Below are positions 1 through 12,425 of a DNA stretch of 64,000 nt, in pieces. This DNA comes from Chrysemys picta bellii (taxonomy: Eukaryota), in assembly GCF_011386835.1 (NCBI RefSeq), contig NC_088805.1:19468001-19532000 (forward strand). The letters run 5' to 3'. Numbering within the stretch: position 1 is the stretch's first letter; each line of letters begins with the position of its first letter. Below the pieces are notes generated by a model. The model was given only the letters and a program-made list of their open reading frames with translations. It did no database searches and had not been told where the DNA came from. The position numbers and the translations under genes were made by a program.

Positions 1-2634
1 CATTGCAACACCAGCAGCTTCTAAAGTACTTTCTTGATACTACCAAGCAACCTATGACAGGATGAATAAGGAAAAATAGTTAGTTCATATGGCGTTAAGA
101 GCTGTTTTAATCCCTGGCTTACTTTATATTTCAGCCTATCTAGTCTAAGATTTTCAAAAAGGCCTAATGGAGTTAGATGAATTTCACTCTGAATTTGGAT
201 GTTGTGCTCCTTTGAAAACCCCAACCCATGTCTTTTTTGGCTGACTGAAAACTGCCCTGCAATATTTTCATTCCCCTTCTCCATATCCTTCCCAGTTCCC
301 TCCACTCCAATCATAAGAAATGCTATTATTAAGCTATCACTTGCCTGGTATTGAGAGCTTAAAAAATAAAAAAAAGGAAAATCAAACAATCCGAACAAAG
401 ATCCAGTTGAAATGTGTTTACAGTTAACAAAGGCTCGGACCTTTTATGAAACTATACCTTGCAGTTAAGGGATTTTATAATTAGACGATAATTACTCAGC
501 CATATAATGTGTCAAATTATGGAGAATGATTATTTGTTAAACTACAGATAAAGACAAGAATGAATAAATCTGGAGCCACAGATAAAGCCAATTAAATGAA
601 AAGTCTTCCCGTTAGCATTTACACTTCTGAGACTGCCTTTATTTCCTACACTAGTTTACACACACAATTGCTGTGAGAACCTTTACACTATACACACAGT
701 GTTAATCTCAGTAGTAAATAATGCAGTACAAGAAAAACTGCAAAGAGACACAGCTGTTCCTGACAACACTATCAGTGTAGTTATTACTACTTGGCACACA
801 GTTGGCTAGTTTGATATGAACAGGGCAGAGGACATAGTGAAAAGGGGACACAAATTTCAGATAAAGCTGAAAGCTGTTCTGGGATTTCGCTTCTTACGGC
901 TACATTTGCCAGGATTTTTTTAAACGGTGTCCCAATCTACTAAAGATTCTTCTTACGTACAAGTTCACAAAGCACTCTATATTGGGGCATCTAGATAATT
1001 TTGTTGTTATTCACAATAGATTGCTGGCTATTGAAACATTTTACATTTTGTTTGGCATAAGTTCTAAATGCCTCTGTTTTGGGCTCTGGTCCTGATGGAC
1101 AGAATGCACCTAGATGGTAGTCTAATGGGCTATGTCTTCACGGGTCACAATGCAACACAGAAGTTTTAGTGAGAAACAGACAGACAGTGAGAAACTAAAG
1201 TATTTGTGCTAACACAGAGCCACTAAATGAAGCCTAATACAGAGGCACTAATGAAACAAAGAGGTTTTTAACTAATGAAAAAACAAGAGTAAAGCTTATA
1301 CACTAGCCACCCTCTTCTCTTGAGCTGATGGGGAAAAAGTCTGCAGACTTCTCAGAAGCAAAGGATGTGAGTCAATACAAACTGAGGTATGATGTGAAAG
1401 CACAATAGATTAACCAGAAACATTCAACCATAGCATAGTTCCAGCTGCAGTCTCTACAGTCATTTAATCACAAATCATCCTGCCACAACAGGTGCTTTGC
1501 TCTGGACAGGAGCATATCTGAACCTCTCAGTTAAAAAACATGGTCAACGATATAATCTGATTCATTAATTCAGCCAGCGCTAAATTATACTGTTTGTAAT
1601 CTAGAGGAGAATGAAGGAAAAATCAAAGCAAATGGCTACCCAGTTTAGAACCCAGCCAGGTTATTATTCAGTACCACAGACATCTCCCTGACCCAGCCAG
1701 TGGCAATTAGCACTAAACCAGCTGGAACTGCACAAATGGAACTAGTAAGAATGACGGAACAGACAGAATGACGCAGCAAAACAATAAAGAATGACAAAAT
1801 AGACAGCTTTCAAAGGAGTCCCAAAGGAAGCAAGCTTCACATTTGCAAGGTATGCCAAAGAGTCATTTAAACTGCACCCTAAATCTTAAGAATGTCCCAT
1901 CAATTGTTTTCTTTCCAAGGTAATCTGTAAATTCCAGCACTCTGAGAAGAACACCTCCTGGCTAGGACTACAGATTTTACTTGATTTCCCTCATGAATGC
2001 ACTACCCTGGCTTTTTCCTACTTAGGAAAGATCATTGTGTCTGAGTGGAACTCTCTGTTTTGTTGAATAATACCATGCTGTGCAGTGCTTTTGTGACTCA
2101 CCAGGGAACAAAGAAAAGCCAAACACATTTCACTTGTGACCTCAGCAGAATTGGACCCTAGGTTTCCTCTCCTGTCCCCCCATTCGTTTCACAGCGTTAC
2201 AATCCTTGCCTTGATATACTGAAGCTACATGTAGCCCATGTACAATATTAAGAGTGACCTATAAAAAGAGCCTCATTATTCATTCAACGTAGAGAAAAAT
2301 CGATTAAGGAATTAGGCAAACTATATAGAAAACCAAGTGGTGATAAATAAAGGATCTTCCATCTTAAGTGGTAATAATTAGGTTTTCCCTTCACAAGCAA
2401 CTGAGGTCTAAGAAATATCATCACCATTCTTTTCTACTGCAATGTTCTAGTACTGATTTTTTTTTAAAGAAGGCACGTTTCTAACTAACTCAAAATCAGA
2501 AAAATGAAAAATGTTAGAGCAATCAGTTGCCACTTTTATGGGGCCTGAAAACACTGTTCAGTGTTGTTATATAACAGCAGCAGCACTGGTCACACAGAAC
2601 CAAATTTAAATAAAACTAAGTCTGCAGGCAACAT

Positions 2635-2810
2635 AGTCTACTGGTTAAAATGTGGGACGTGGAATCAAAAGAAAAGGATTCTAGTCTGAGCTCGCAACCC
2701 CCTTGGCAAGTCACAGACTGTACCTCTTTCTCTAACTGTACAAGGGAAATATTAATATGTACCCACCTTTGTAAAGTGCTGCAACATCTTTAGAAGAAAA
2801 ACATTATATC
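2635..2810 (+). mobile_element. MIR-like CORE-SINE, decayed
   Basis: CCTTGGCAAGTCAC core and TTTGTAAAGTGCT tail motifs. Confidence 0.55.
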
Positions 2811-3212
2811 AATATACCATGTATATAATGGGATAACCCTGGTGCTCTTCTCTGTTTAAAAAGAAGGTGCGTCCTCAAGATTTACTACTGCAATGCATTT
2901 TTTGCAACTACTATCAGGCTGACATTAGAAACAATAACAAAACCACAAAGGAAACCAAAAAGAAATCAAAAATGATATTTACACAACATTCAGCAGATTA
3001 AAAACAGTGGGAAGCTTTGAAGAGCGATATTAAAAGCATATAAATAAATAAAAACGGACATTTAGGCAACATGGTGACACAAAACCAATACGAGGTAAGA
3101 CATGGAAAGCTGAGCATACACCCCATCCTTAATGCTACTGTAAAAATGAACAATCATTTGGTTTAGTATGCATTACTAAAAATCAATCCCATAATTTGTA
3201 ATGGATTAATTA

Positions 3213-3284
3213 GGGCCTGATGCAAAGCCCATCGACCTCAATAGAAAGACACCAATCGACTTCAATGCGCTTTGGAGCAGACCC
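3213..3284. repeat. Short palindromic interspersed repeat (GGGCCTGATCC...GACTTCAATG...GGATCAGGCCC family)
   Basis: Imperfect 72-bp palindrome. Related copies at ~16180-16260, 22808-22870, 37175-37237, 39515-39675, 52572-52640 and 60325-60410. Confidence 0.7.
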
Positions 3285-3519
3285 CAGAAGGAGGAGAAAA
3301 TGGTTTTGCAGTCTCTCACTAAATATACAGGAGCGCAGTGTATCACAAATGAAACAATCCGGCAAGATGCTAACTGCCAATAGCATGCTACAGCTTCAGG
3401 AATTCCAAAGTTAAAAAATTTGTACTGGAAAATTAAAGCTACATTCAAGAACAGCACATTTCACATCGTGACAAATTTTGAGCTTCCTAGTATTTTATGG
3501 CTGCCACTACACTGTGCAT

Positions 3520-3640
3520 CAGACCATCCTGTATTTCAGGGCGGCAGCTGGGATCGAACCCACATACCCGCTTGTTGCAAAACCACAGGCTCCTACCTCC
3601 TGAAGTAGAGGGGAATCTCTAACAACTGTTAGCAGTATGG
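3520..3640 (-). mobile_element. tRNA-derived SINE head, decayed
   Basis: The minus strand contains B-box-like GGGTTCGATCCCAGC. No tRNA cloverleaf could be folded. Confidence 0.5.
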
Positions 3641-5005
3641 GGCCTGTGACACAAAGCTGAGTCGTTCTGATTGCTTCCACTACTGGGCAATGGAGTTTAC
3701 ACATACATTAGCCATCATACTAAAATACTAATATATTGTAACATAAGAAAAGGGCAGCTCATATTTTGATTTAGCCAATTAGCCCTGATAATATCCCTTT
3801 AACTATTCTTGCTTTTGTTCGTTTGTGTCAAACGATATTTAAAACAGAGATACATATAAAAACAAGCATTAATATTACAAACACTAAATAATGACATTAG
3901 TATATCAGACATGCAGAATCATCAAGCATCAGAGGAGGTGATAATCTTGGAAATGTAACTTTTCTATTTAATACATACATATATTGTAAGCCAAAACAGT
4001 TCTGAGATTCACATGACATTTAGAGATTTTACTTAATGTCATTCATAGTGCTAGGAGATCAGACACTTTAATGTCTATTATGCAACTTGTGCCATATATA
4101 CTATCAAATTCAACAGCACTGACTACATATACCAAGCCAAATGTATAGCAGCTAATTGCTAATTAGGGTTATTTCTGAAGCACTCCTGTTTGCACCACAC
4201 CAGCTTTGCACATGGAGGGAAAACAAAAAAAAAACATGATTTACAAGGTTGGACTGAACTTTAAACGTTTTTATACAGCCAGATTTATTCATGTTACAAT
4301 CACTAAATAGCTTTAGCAATTTGAGAGTGGAACAATAGTATTTAAATAGGCTACTGTTAAAATGGTCACTCCCAATCTCTTGCCAAGCGGTTATTAATGT
4401 GCAAAAATGCAGAGTAAGTTGCAACAGTTTAGACAGACAACCCTCTATAATATCAATGGAACAAGCGTGCGCTAGGTGCTTATGCCATGCACTGCACCAA
4501 AAATTAAACACTACTACTAATGCACACTGTTCATTTTCATAATCTAAGGCAAACATTTAATGCACTAGCTGCCAGTATTTGCAACAGTACATTACTATCA
4601 GCCTGGGGATTATTAGCCACTGAAGGAACAGCTGGCAATCTCCTCTCCAGCCACTTCCGATGTGTGATCCATCATTGATGGATGGATTCCAATAATTCAC
4701 AGGGTCATGTCCAGATGTATTAAACGCCTATTTTTATATAAATGTAACCAAGCATTTATACCACACTGGTCAACATAGTATTTTAGAGCCTTTTCTCTGG
4801 GGATGCAAACTCCATCCCAGAATATAGAACTCCACTTTTAATGTCATCCAATATTTTGCTCCAGTGACCTATGACCCCTCAATGCCAACTGGCAAGGGGG
4901 TTACAAGACTATCCTAACTCTGGTTCACCAAAGAATATAGTCTTAAATGAAAGCCAGGGTCATGCTGGACATTAATATCGTTGTGAAACGTAGGTACAGA
5001 TACTG

Positions 5006-5900
5006 TGTGAGGAATTCTGTATGTATGCTGAAAATATGTTCCTAAAATCTGTATCAAGGCAGAGTTGACAAAGAGTTTCCTGACAGATAGACAAAAGAGG
5101 CTTATTCACCTATCTCCCAATCGGCAGGTAAATTAAGTAATGGAAGCCAACACCATGGAAGCCCTATTTATATACCAAGTCAAGTGGGGGATGTAATATC
5201 AACAGGGAAGAAGCAGAACTCAGGGGAAAAACAAGTGATGGGGGGATTTTACTGTCCCTGAGGACAGACAATGAGCTTCAAGGATTAAAGTTGAACTCAA
5301 GGAGACACTCCTTTATCCTGCACTTAGGAAGTAAGCAGAAAGAACATGAAAATGGGATCTCAACCGGACTTGGTTGGTGAAAAAAACAAAAACAAAAAAA
5401 CCCAGAGGACATTTGGGGTGAAATGAACCTCTTTAGGCAGATGGTTAGCTGGTTAAGTTGAGCACCTAGAAATCATGTTATGATTTTGTTTTATATGTAA
5501 CCCTTTTGATTCCATTATCTTTATTCACTCTCTGATGAAAAAAACGTATTGTTTTTACAATAAATATATCTCAGTGCCGTGTATTCTACTCGGAGCTGAT
5601 CCTGAGTTGACTCATTCGAGCTGTACACTGTTCCTCTGGGGACAGCAGACCAGGTATTTCTGAGAGAGTTCAGTGGATACGGCACTGGGCACTACAGGGG
5701 AACACTTCATTGGGGCTCAGGGACTGGGGTGGCATACTGTTAACCTGCAAGGCAAAGTAAGGGATGGCATAATTCAGAGGAGATTGTACGGCTGGCTACC
5801 AGGCTGGTAGGAGTGAGGAAGCGGACAACCAGGTCTCCCCCTCCCTGGAAGTATAAAGTAACAAGGTGACTCTCAGTGCTGGGTACCCTGAGAACCATCA
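5006..5900 (+). mobile_element. Solo LTR (Gypsy/ERV type)
   Basis: TG...CA termini (TGTGAGGAAT...CCATCA), T-rich segment followed by AATAAA (5559-5564), then a G-rich U5-like region. Architecture resembles 47632-48789. No PBS or internal genes recognised, and no clear TSD. Confidence 0.6.
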
Positions 5901-7084
5901 GTTACTCCAATAAAAATTTGGCCACCATTTTTGCTCTCTAGCTGCATTTAGTACCGATCTGAGTTTCTCCTGATGAAAAAGAATCCTTTTTGAATCTTGC
6001 CCTAAGGAAGCTAAAGATGGTGGAATGATATTTTTGCCTGCTACCTAGAAAAGGTTTAATGCTTTTGATGAGAAAAAAGGAGAAAATGTCCTATAAAACC
6101 CAGAGAACTGAGTTATAGGCAATAGATTTTATATGATATAGTGTACGGGCCATGAAGCTGTGATTTAAAACTATGAGATTAGACAAAGTTGAGAACAAAG
6201 AGAGGCTAAGAAATATATGGTGGATAGAGATAATTCAATTAGATGAGCAGAAGTATTTTTCACTGAAATATTAGCAGAGTAACTGGAACCCAATCTGTCC
6301 GTTGGGCATCAGTTGAGGGACTAAATTACAAAGAAACAGGGGAAATTCACTGCTCTATTAACTCTTGAACTCCAGATGAGATATTCTGAATAGAAACAGA
6401 GTGGTGAAGAAAGACGACTAACCTGGGTTCCAGGATGAGAATTTACCTAGAATACTCAATAGCTGATTAGGTCTGAATTGCTGTGAAAATGTTGAGAGAG
6501 AGAACCCCAAACAAACTCAGCTTTGGTTAGAGGAGACAAGGACCAGAATTCTTATTGTGAATAAAAGTGCTGAATTAAAGGAGATTGATTATAGCAAGAG
6601 TATGAAGGATGAATAAGTTTCAACCAAAAAAATGTGACTTTAGATTTAATAGGTCTTGAATCATTACCTGATTTAAACTCACTTTTACTGTTATCTTTGA
6701 GTCGCCACTCTAATCATTAGTGGTATCAGCTGAGTGAGAGACACGTGAGAAATAATGCAGTTAATTTTAACTTTAGGAAACCAACTGTGTTGCCAAATAT
6801 ATTGCTAGTCTAAGCCAGACAGGAAGTGGTTTCATAAATCCAATGAGTTTTCCTAGCATATTTCCCAGAGAGAGAAGCAGCTGGTGTGAAATCTCAGAGA
6901 AAGCTTTGATTCCATGAACCAGGATCTAGGGAGTGCGGGGTAAGGGTGGTTATAAAAATATGTTTCATGTTTTTTTCTGCATTTTTTCATGGATAGAGTT
7001 TTGGATCCCTGCTGAAAACCTGACTTCTAAATTCAGCCTTTTCCAGGTCACTAGAAAAGTTGTTCTTTTATTCATTATTATTAT

Positions 7085-7200
7085 TTATATACACAATGAT
7101 AGGACATACGAGACAGAGTCAAGGACCAAGACCCCACTGTGGCAGACACTGTACCAAGCACAGAACAAAAAGACAGTCCATGCCCCAAACAGCTGATGAT
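7085..7200 (+). mobile_element. L2 3'-end-like fragment
   Basis: GACCCCACTGTGGCAGACACTGTACCAAGCACAGAACAAAAAGACAGTCCATGCCCC; related copies at ~44320, ~56430 and ~59120. Confidence 0.5.
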
Positions 7201-8214
7201 CCAATGTTTATTCTACGCATGAACACAATTCCCAACAGCATTTTAACAAAAGACATATGTGCACCAAGAGAAGATCGTTTATAGTTGTGAGGTTTGTTCC
7301 CTCCCCTTCATTTAGCTCTAAGGAGATACAAACACAATCTCCGCCTGTCCTTCCCACCCAATACCTACAAGTATGAAAGGGAAGGCTAAGCGAAGGCTGT
7401 GGTGGTGAGCAGAAGAGGTATCTTTCCTTTATTACAAAATATAACCTTTAGGCAGAAAAAAATGGTTTCTGAACCACTGCAGACTGAACATGTAGCAGAT
7501 GATAAAATTGTTCATTATTTCAATCATGCACCTATCAAATTTTTAGTGGCATTTGCATACACATAGCATAATACCGATTGTGAGAATGCAACACTAAAAA
7601 TATTCCCTCCACAAAGAAAAGGGAACTGTTCCCATTTAACTCATCCCCTGACAAAAGACCCGAGATAGGCTTTGAAGGCATGCCAGGAACATCAGCAAAC
7701 TCAGGCTTTGTCTGGCGGACATTTCAAGCAGTACATTTTCAAGCTGATCTCAACTGTTGATCAGGAGTATGAGAAGAGAACTCTAAGGCAGCCAGGCCTC
7801 AACCCATGAGCTTTATAGTCAAAATCACCACTTTGAACCGCACCAAAAAACAAAATGGAGGCTGGTGCAACCTGTGAAGGATCAGTGTAATACGCTCCCT
7901 GGGCCAGCAACCGCCTACAGCACCGTAAGTCTGAATGGTCTTTCTGTGCAATCCAAGTACAGCAATTTCAGTATGGAGGTGACCGATCACTGGGTTGAGT
8001 TCCCCATCTCCATCAGAAAAGGACACAGCCTTGTTGATTTCAGATCAATTCTTTAATTTCTAAAGGTTGTTTTGAATTCTAATTCTGTCTTTCAAAGTGC
8101 TTGCAAACCCTCCTTTCTTGCTGCTATCCACAAATTTTATAAGCATCCCCTCCACTGCATTATCCAAATCATTCATAAAAATTACTGAGCAGTATCTGAC
8201 CCAGGACAGCCCTT

Positions 8215-8236
8215 CCCCCCCCCCCCCCCCCCCCCC
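8215..8236. repeat. Poly-C22 run inside the CR1
   Basis: Directly visible. Other long homopolymers lie near 16446 (G), 20947 (T), 44815 (T), 45989 (A) and 57905 (G). Confidence 0.95.
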
Positions 8237-9044
8237 GGTGGGATCTCACTAGATACATCCTCCCAGTTTGTTAGCAAACCATTGATAACTACTCTGAGTA
8301 TGGTCGTTTAATCAGTTATGACCCCACTTTATAGTAATTTCATCTAGACCACATTTCCCTAGCTTACTTATGAGAATGTCATGTGAGTGTGTGTGTCAGA
8401 AACCTTTCTAAAATCAAGATATATCACACCTACTGTTTCCCCCTTGTCCACTAGACCAGTAATCCTGTCAAAAGAGGGAACTGGTTTGACATGTTTTGTC
8501 CTTGACAAATCCATGTTGGCTATTACTTATTACCTTATTATCCTGTAGGTGCTCACAGATTGTTTAATAATTTATTCCAGTATCTTTCCAGGTATCAAAG
8601 TTAGGCTGACAGGTCTATAATTCTCCAGATCCTTTTTGTTCCCCTGTTTAAAGAGAGGTACTGTGTTTGCCCTTCTCCAGTCCTCTGGGACCTCACCTGA
8701 CTTCCACTAACTGCTCTGAGATTGCTCCAGCTAGTTCCTTAAGTACCCTAGGATAAAATTCATCACCCTTTGCTGCCCTGAATACATGTAACTTACCTAA
8801 ATATTCTTTAACCTGTTTTGTTTCTATTCTGGCTTGTGTTGCTTCCCGCTTGTTGTTAATATTAACTGTGTTAAATAGTTTGTCACAAGTAACCTTTTTA
8901 GTGAAGAATGAAGCAAAATAGGCATTAAACACCTCAGCCTCTCATTTGTCATCCTTCCCCGCTTCAACTCCTTTTCTCCATCTTTCTCTTGCTCCTAATG
9001 TATTTGAAGATTATTGCCTTTAATGTCCCTTGCTAGATGTAACT

Positions 9045-9314
9045 CTCCGGAATGCAGCCCTGGTTCTCAGCCCAACAAAGTGATCTGGCAGAGAGGCACT
9101 GATTGACGGCTAGCATTGGCTTCTGGGCTTGCACCAGCTGCCCCACCACACTGTGATGGGGAGCAGCACTGCAGGTATCCCGCCCCCAGTACACACATAT
9201 CCCACAACTATCCTCTGCAGAACCCCCAACTGTACCCTTCTCGAGCTCTCCCCACCCCATCCTGCTCCCTCCCTCAGTGTCCTCTCTTTGGGAACCTGAA
9301 ATATGGTAACCCTA
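9045..9314. mobile_element. hAT-type non-autonomous element remnant inside the CR1
   Basis: Ends in ATATGGTAACCCTA (9301-9314), the same terminal repeat as the intact element at 39754-40569. The GC-rich interior interrupts CR1 sequence. No left TIR is visible. Confidence 0.6.
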
Positions 9315-9542
9315 TAGAGCCATATTGCCCTCTTACTATTCTTCCTATCTTTCCTGCGCACTGGAATAGTGTGTAGCTGGCCTTTAATACTGTCTCATGG
9401 AGAAACTGCCAACTCTCCTGAACTCTTATCCCCTCGAGTTCTTCCCAGGGGACTTTATCTATCAGTTCTCTGGATTTGTTAAAGTCTGCTTTTTCAAAAT
9501 TCATAGTCTTTATTCTGTGGGTCTCTCCTCTTCCTTTCCTAA

Positions 9543-9685
9543 GGGCTTGTCTACACTGCCACTTTACAGTGCTGCAACTTTCTCGCTTGGGGGTGTGAAA
9601 AAACAGCCCCTCCGAGCGCTGCAAGTTTCGGCGTATAGTGTAGGCAGTGCACCAGCGCTTTAACGTTGCTAGTGAAGACATGCTC
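9543..9685. mobile_element. Harbinger/PIF-type MITE inside the CR1
   Basis: Left TIR GGGCTTGTCTACACT, degenerate right TIR AGTGAAGACATGCTC, flanked by TAA/TTA (TWA target). The interior matches the copy at 20182. Confidence 0.8.
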
Positions 9686-10758
9686 TTAGAATCATGAAAT
9701 TTATCATTTCATGATCATTTTCACCCAAATTGCCTTCCTTCTTCAAATGCGTAATTCCATGTTAGTCAGAATCAAGCCCAAAATGGCTGTCCCCTGGTTG
9801 CTTCCTCCACCTGCTGAAACAAGAATTTGTCCCCAGTATATTCCAAGAACATGTTGACAATTGCGTGTTTTGCTGCATTACTTTTCCAACAGATGGCTGG
9901 GTAGTTAAGCCTTCCCTATTACTACCAGGCCTTGTGCTTTGGAGATTTGTGTTGTTTGTTCTAGAAATGACTCACCTACCTCCTCCTCCTGATTTGGTGG
10001 GCTATATGTTTGTAAACATTTGAACCAATTAAAAATATTCATAGAAAACCATACAAGTTCCTGCAGCTTGTGTATAAAGCTTTGGTGAAGTGAAGAGCAG
10101 AAACGCATTCCAACCCATTCCAATCCGGGAGGTCTGCTGATTCCCAATTACTACACAGCAATGTCAGGTGCTGCGTATTGGCAGGGGGGAATGGAGGATT
10201 CTTTTCACTATTCATCGCACAATTTTCACCTCTCAGTTCGTGGTGGGGATTTAACGCACATAAAGCTCTGGTTCATCAAGAAGTGAATAGACCCTTTTGT
10301 TGCAGTCTATTACAGTTATAAAGATTCTGGCTGTTCTTCACGTGCTGCCACCACCCCCTCTGCTAAAAGGAAAAAAATTTTTTTTTCAAAGCTTGCAGGA
10401 AAGTTAACTATGGGAATATCAACATTCAAAACATGGCCTGAAACCTGAACCACCAGGCTGCACCATAAAAAAAAACCTCACTGCCCCCTTTTCAGGCCCT
10501 TACAACACCCACTTTTGAAGAGTTTTATTCAGGCAGCTGACATCCAGCATTCGCCTTCCACTGCAGATGTGCGGCCTGCTCACACAATAGGCGCCTGCAG
10601 CCCTGGCTTCCCTCCAGATCCCACTGTGTGACAGCAACAAAAGGCTACGCTGGAAGCCCTCAGCTACAGCCCAGCTCTAAATGATTTAGTGACCACAGCA
10701 TTCAGACCTTGGCAGCAGCTGCTGTTTTAAAGGGACATCGCCTCCTCGGTTTACTCAC

Positions 10759-10828
10759 GACTCCTGGATAGTTTATCTCCCACTGGATTGGAAAATCCCC
10801 TTCACAGTTAAAAGGGTCCCCACAATTC
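10759..10828 (-). other. Candidate exon (70 nt; NCGDPFNCEGDFPIQWEINYPGV)
   Basis: Long pyrimidine tract then TTTTAG, donor GTC|GTGAGT, one fully open frame. Confidence 0.25.
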
Positions 10829-10959
10829 CTAAAATATTTAGGGTAGGGGCAGAGGGGGGAAGGCAAGGATTGTCACTATGTTGCCTCTCAATTTCCCCAT
10901 GCGACACCAAAATGCTCTACACTCCTGTACAGTGTCAACAATATCAAATGGCTCTGCAA

Positions 10960-11105
10960 ACACTAATTAAACCTCACGTCACCCCAGCCAGGTAGATCCA
11001 TATTATCCTCATTTTACAGAGAGGGAAACTGAGGCACGGGAACCTGTTCCAGGACATGCAAGACATCTGAGCTAGACAACGAACCCAGATCTCCTCAATT
11101 CCCCC
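10960..11105 (-). mobile_element. MIR-like CORE-SINE
   Basis: TTATCCTCATTTTACAGAGGGAAACTGAGGCAC, the reverse complement of the MIR core. Confidence 0.75.
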
Positions 11106-11188
11106 TTATTTTTTAAAAAAATCATTAAATTGGACCACATGCTCTACAGTAGGAACGGAGTGCAAAAGGCTTTTCTGAAGAACTCTGA

Positions 11189-11472
11189 GGCTTGGTCTAC
11201 ACTAAACCCCCAAATCGAACTAAGGTACGCAACTTCAGCTACGTGAATAACGTAGCTGAAGTCGACGTACCTTAGTTCGAACTTACCGCGGTCCAGACCC
11301 GGCAGGCAGGCTCCCCCGTCGACTCCGCGTACTCCTCGCGGCGAGCAGGATTACCGGAGTCGACGGGGAGCACTTCTGAGTTCGATTTATCGCGTCCAGA
11401 CAAGACGCGATAAATCGAACCCAGAAGTTCGATTGCCTGCCGCCGAACCAGCGCGTAAGTATAGACAAGCCC
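11189..11472. mobile_element. Young Harbinger/PIF-type MITE with three internal hairpins
   Basis: TIRs GGCTTGGTCTACACT ... AGTATAGACAAGCCC, flanks TGA/TAA, unusually high CpG content, perfect internal inverted repeats. Confidence 0.9.
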
Positions 11473-12209
11473 TAAGATGAATGTTCATTCCCGTCGGTCA
11501 CAGCAGTGTGAAGGGGGAGTTACTTATTGAATATCACCAGTCTGCTCAGTGCTGTACAAACACAGGCATCGATCCTGTAATGTGACATCACCAGGCACCT
11601 TATGTTGCACAATCAAGACCATAGCAAGATGCAGTGCTTGCCTCAAGCAGTCTGGAGTCTAATTCACATGCATTTGGTGAAGACTTAGCAGTCCCCCTCA
11701 TTTACTGTGCAGTTTGCTAGCACGTGCACAAATAGCTGGTGAGAATTCATATACGGATTAATGTATCCCTGTACAGCCCCAAACACAATTCATTACATTC
11801 ATTTGTAAGATTTATTTTAATCGAATAGTTTCCTCCCAGGCTGCAGGAGAGCAGAGCTTTTATTATGAGACTTCTCGCATATTTCAGTGAGTTAATGAGT
11901 CAAAGCAATGGCATTTTTTCAGCCAGAGCAACCGTAAAAACAAAGATCACCCTGCCTCGGTGTTTTGGCTTTTCGATCTCCAAGCACTGGAAGTCAGCAT
12001 TTTGCATTGGTGTTTTGGGGCAGGCAATTTACAACTCCCTCCTGAAACCTGACACCATTGGTACTGTTCAACCTCTATGTTTCTCACCTTTCAAAACTGA
12101 TGATTCAAAAAGAGCACAGGGAAGTAATAGTCTGCAGCCACCGGCAGTCAAACAGGGGTTGGCCTATTGACCAAACAACAGAGAAGCAAGTCTAATGTTT
12201 CATTCACAA

Positions 12210-12425
12210 AGGATGTCTATACATGCAGCGCTGCAATGGTACCAATACAGCTGCACCGCATGTGGTGAAGATGCCCTATGCTGATTGCATAAATAAAACC
12301 CACTTCCGTGAGCTGTGCACACAAATGCTTATGTTGGTGTAACTTATGTCACTCAGGGGGGTGGAATATTCACACCCTTAAGCGACATAAGTTTTGCCGA
12401 CATTGGCTATGTCTACAGGACAGCC
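12210..12425. mobile_element. Decayed Harbinger/PIF-type MITE
   Basis: Starts GGATGTCTATACA. Interior GTAACTTATGTCACTCAGGGGG..CACACCCTTAAGCGACATAAGTT is self-complementary and related to the copy at 21395. Confidence 0.65.

Larger units (their letters stand above)
8020..10030 (-). mobile_element. Older, internally deleted CR1 LINE fragment (endonuclease to RT), interrupted by two DNA-transposon insertions
   Basis: Minus-strand peptides YSPPNQEEEVGESFLEQ..QGLVVIG (APE endonuclease region), [22 protein letters not shown] and FNAYFASFFT..PRVLKELAGAISEQL are typical of CR1 ORF2. RT-region sequence lies at 8050-8420. Confidence 0.9.

Noticed and set aside
21-398. 125-aa minus-strand ORF with P-loop-like (IGVEGTGK) and G-patch-like (RHGLGF) words
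   Set aside because: It runs through a decayed palindromic repeat (149-220), and the motifs are short with no supporting domain context.
3520-3640. tRNA gene (B-box GTTCGATCC); same consideration for 51400-51488
   Set aside because: No complete cloverleaf. Both continue into SINE bodies.
4152-4556. 134-aa minus-strand ORF
   Set aside because: AT-rich and UTR/intron-like, with no splice context or recognisable domain. It is consistent with a chance ORF, as are most of the other 60-110 aa ORFs in the track.
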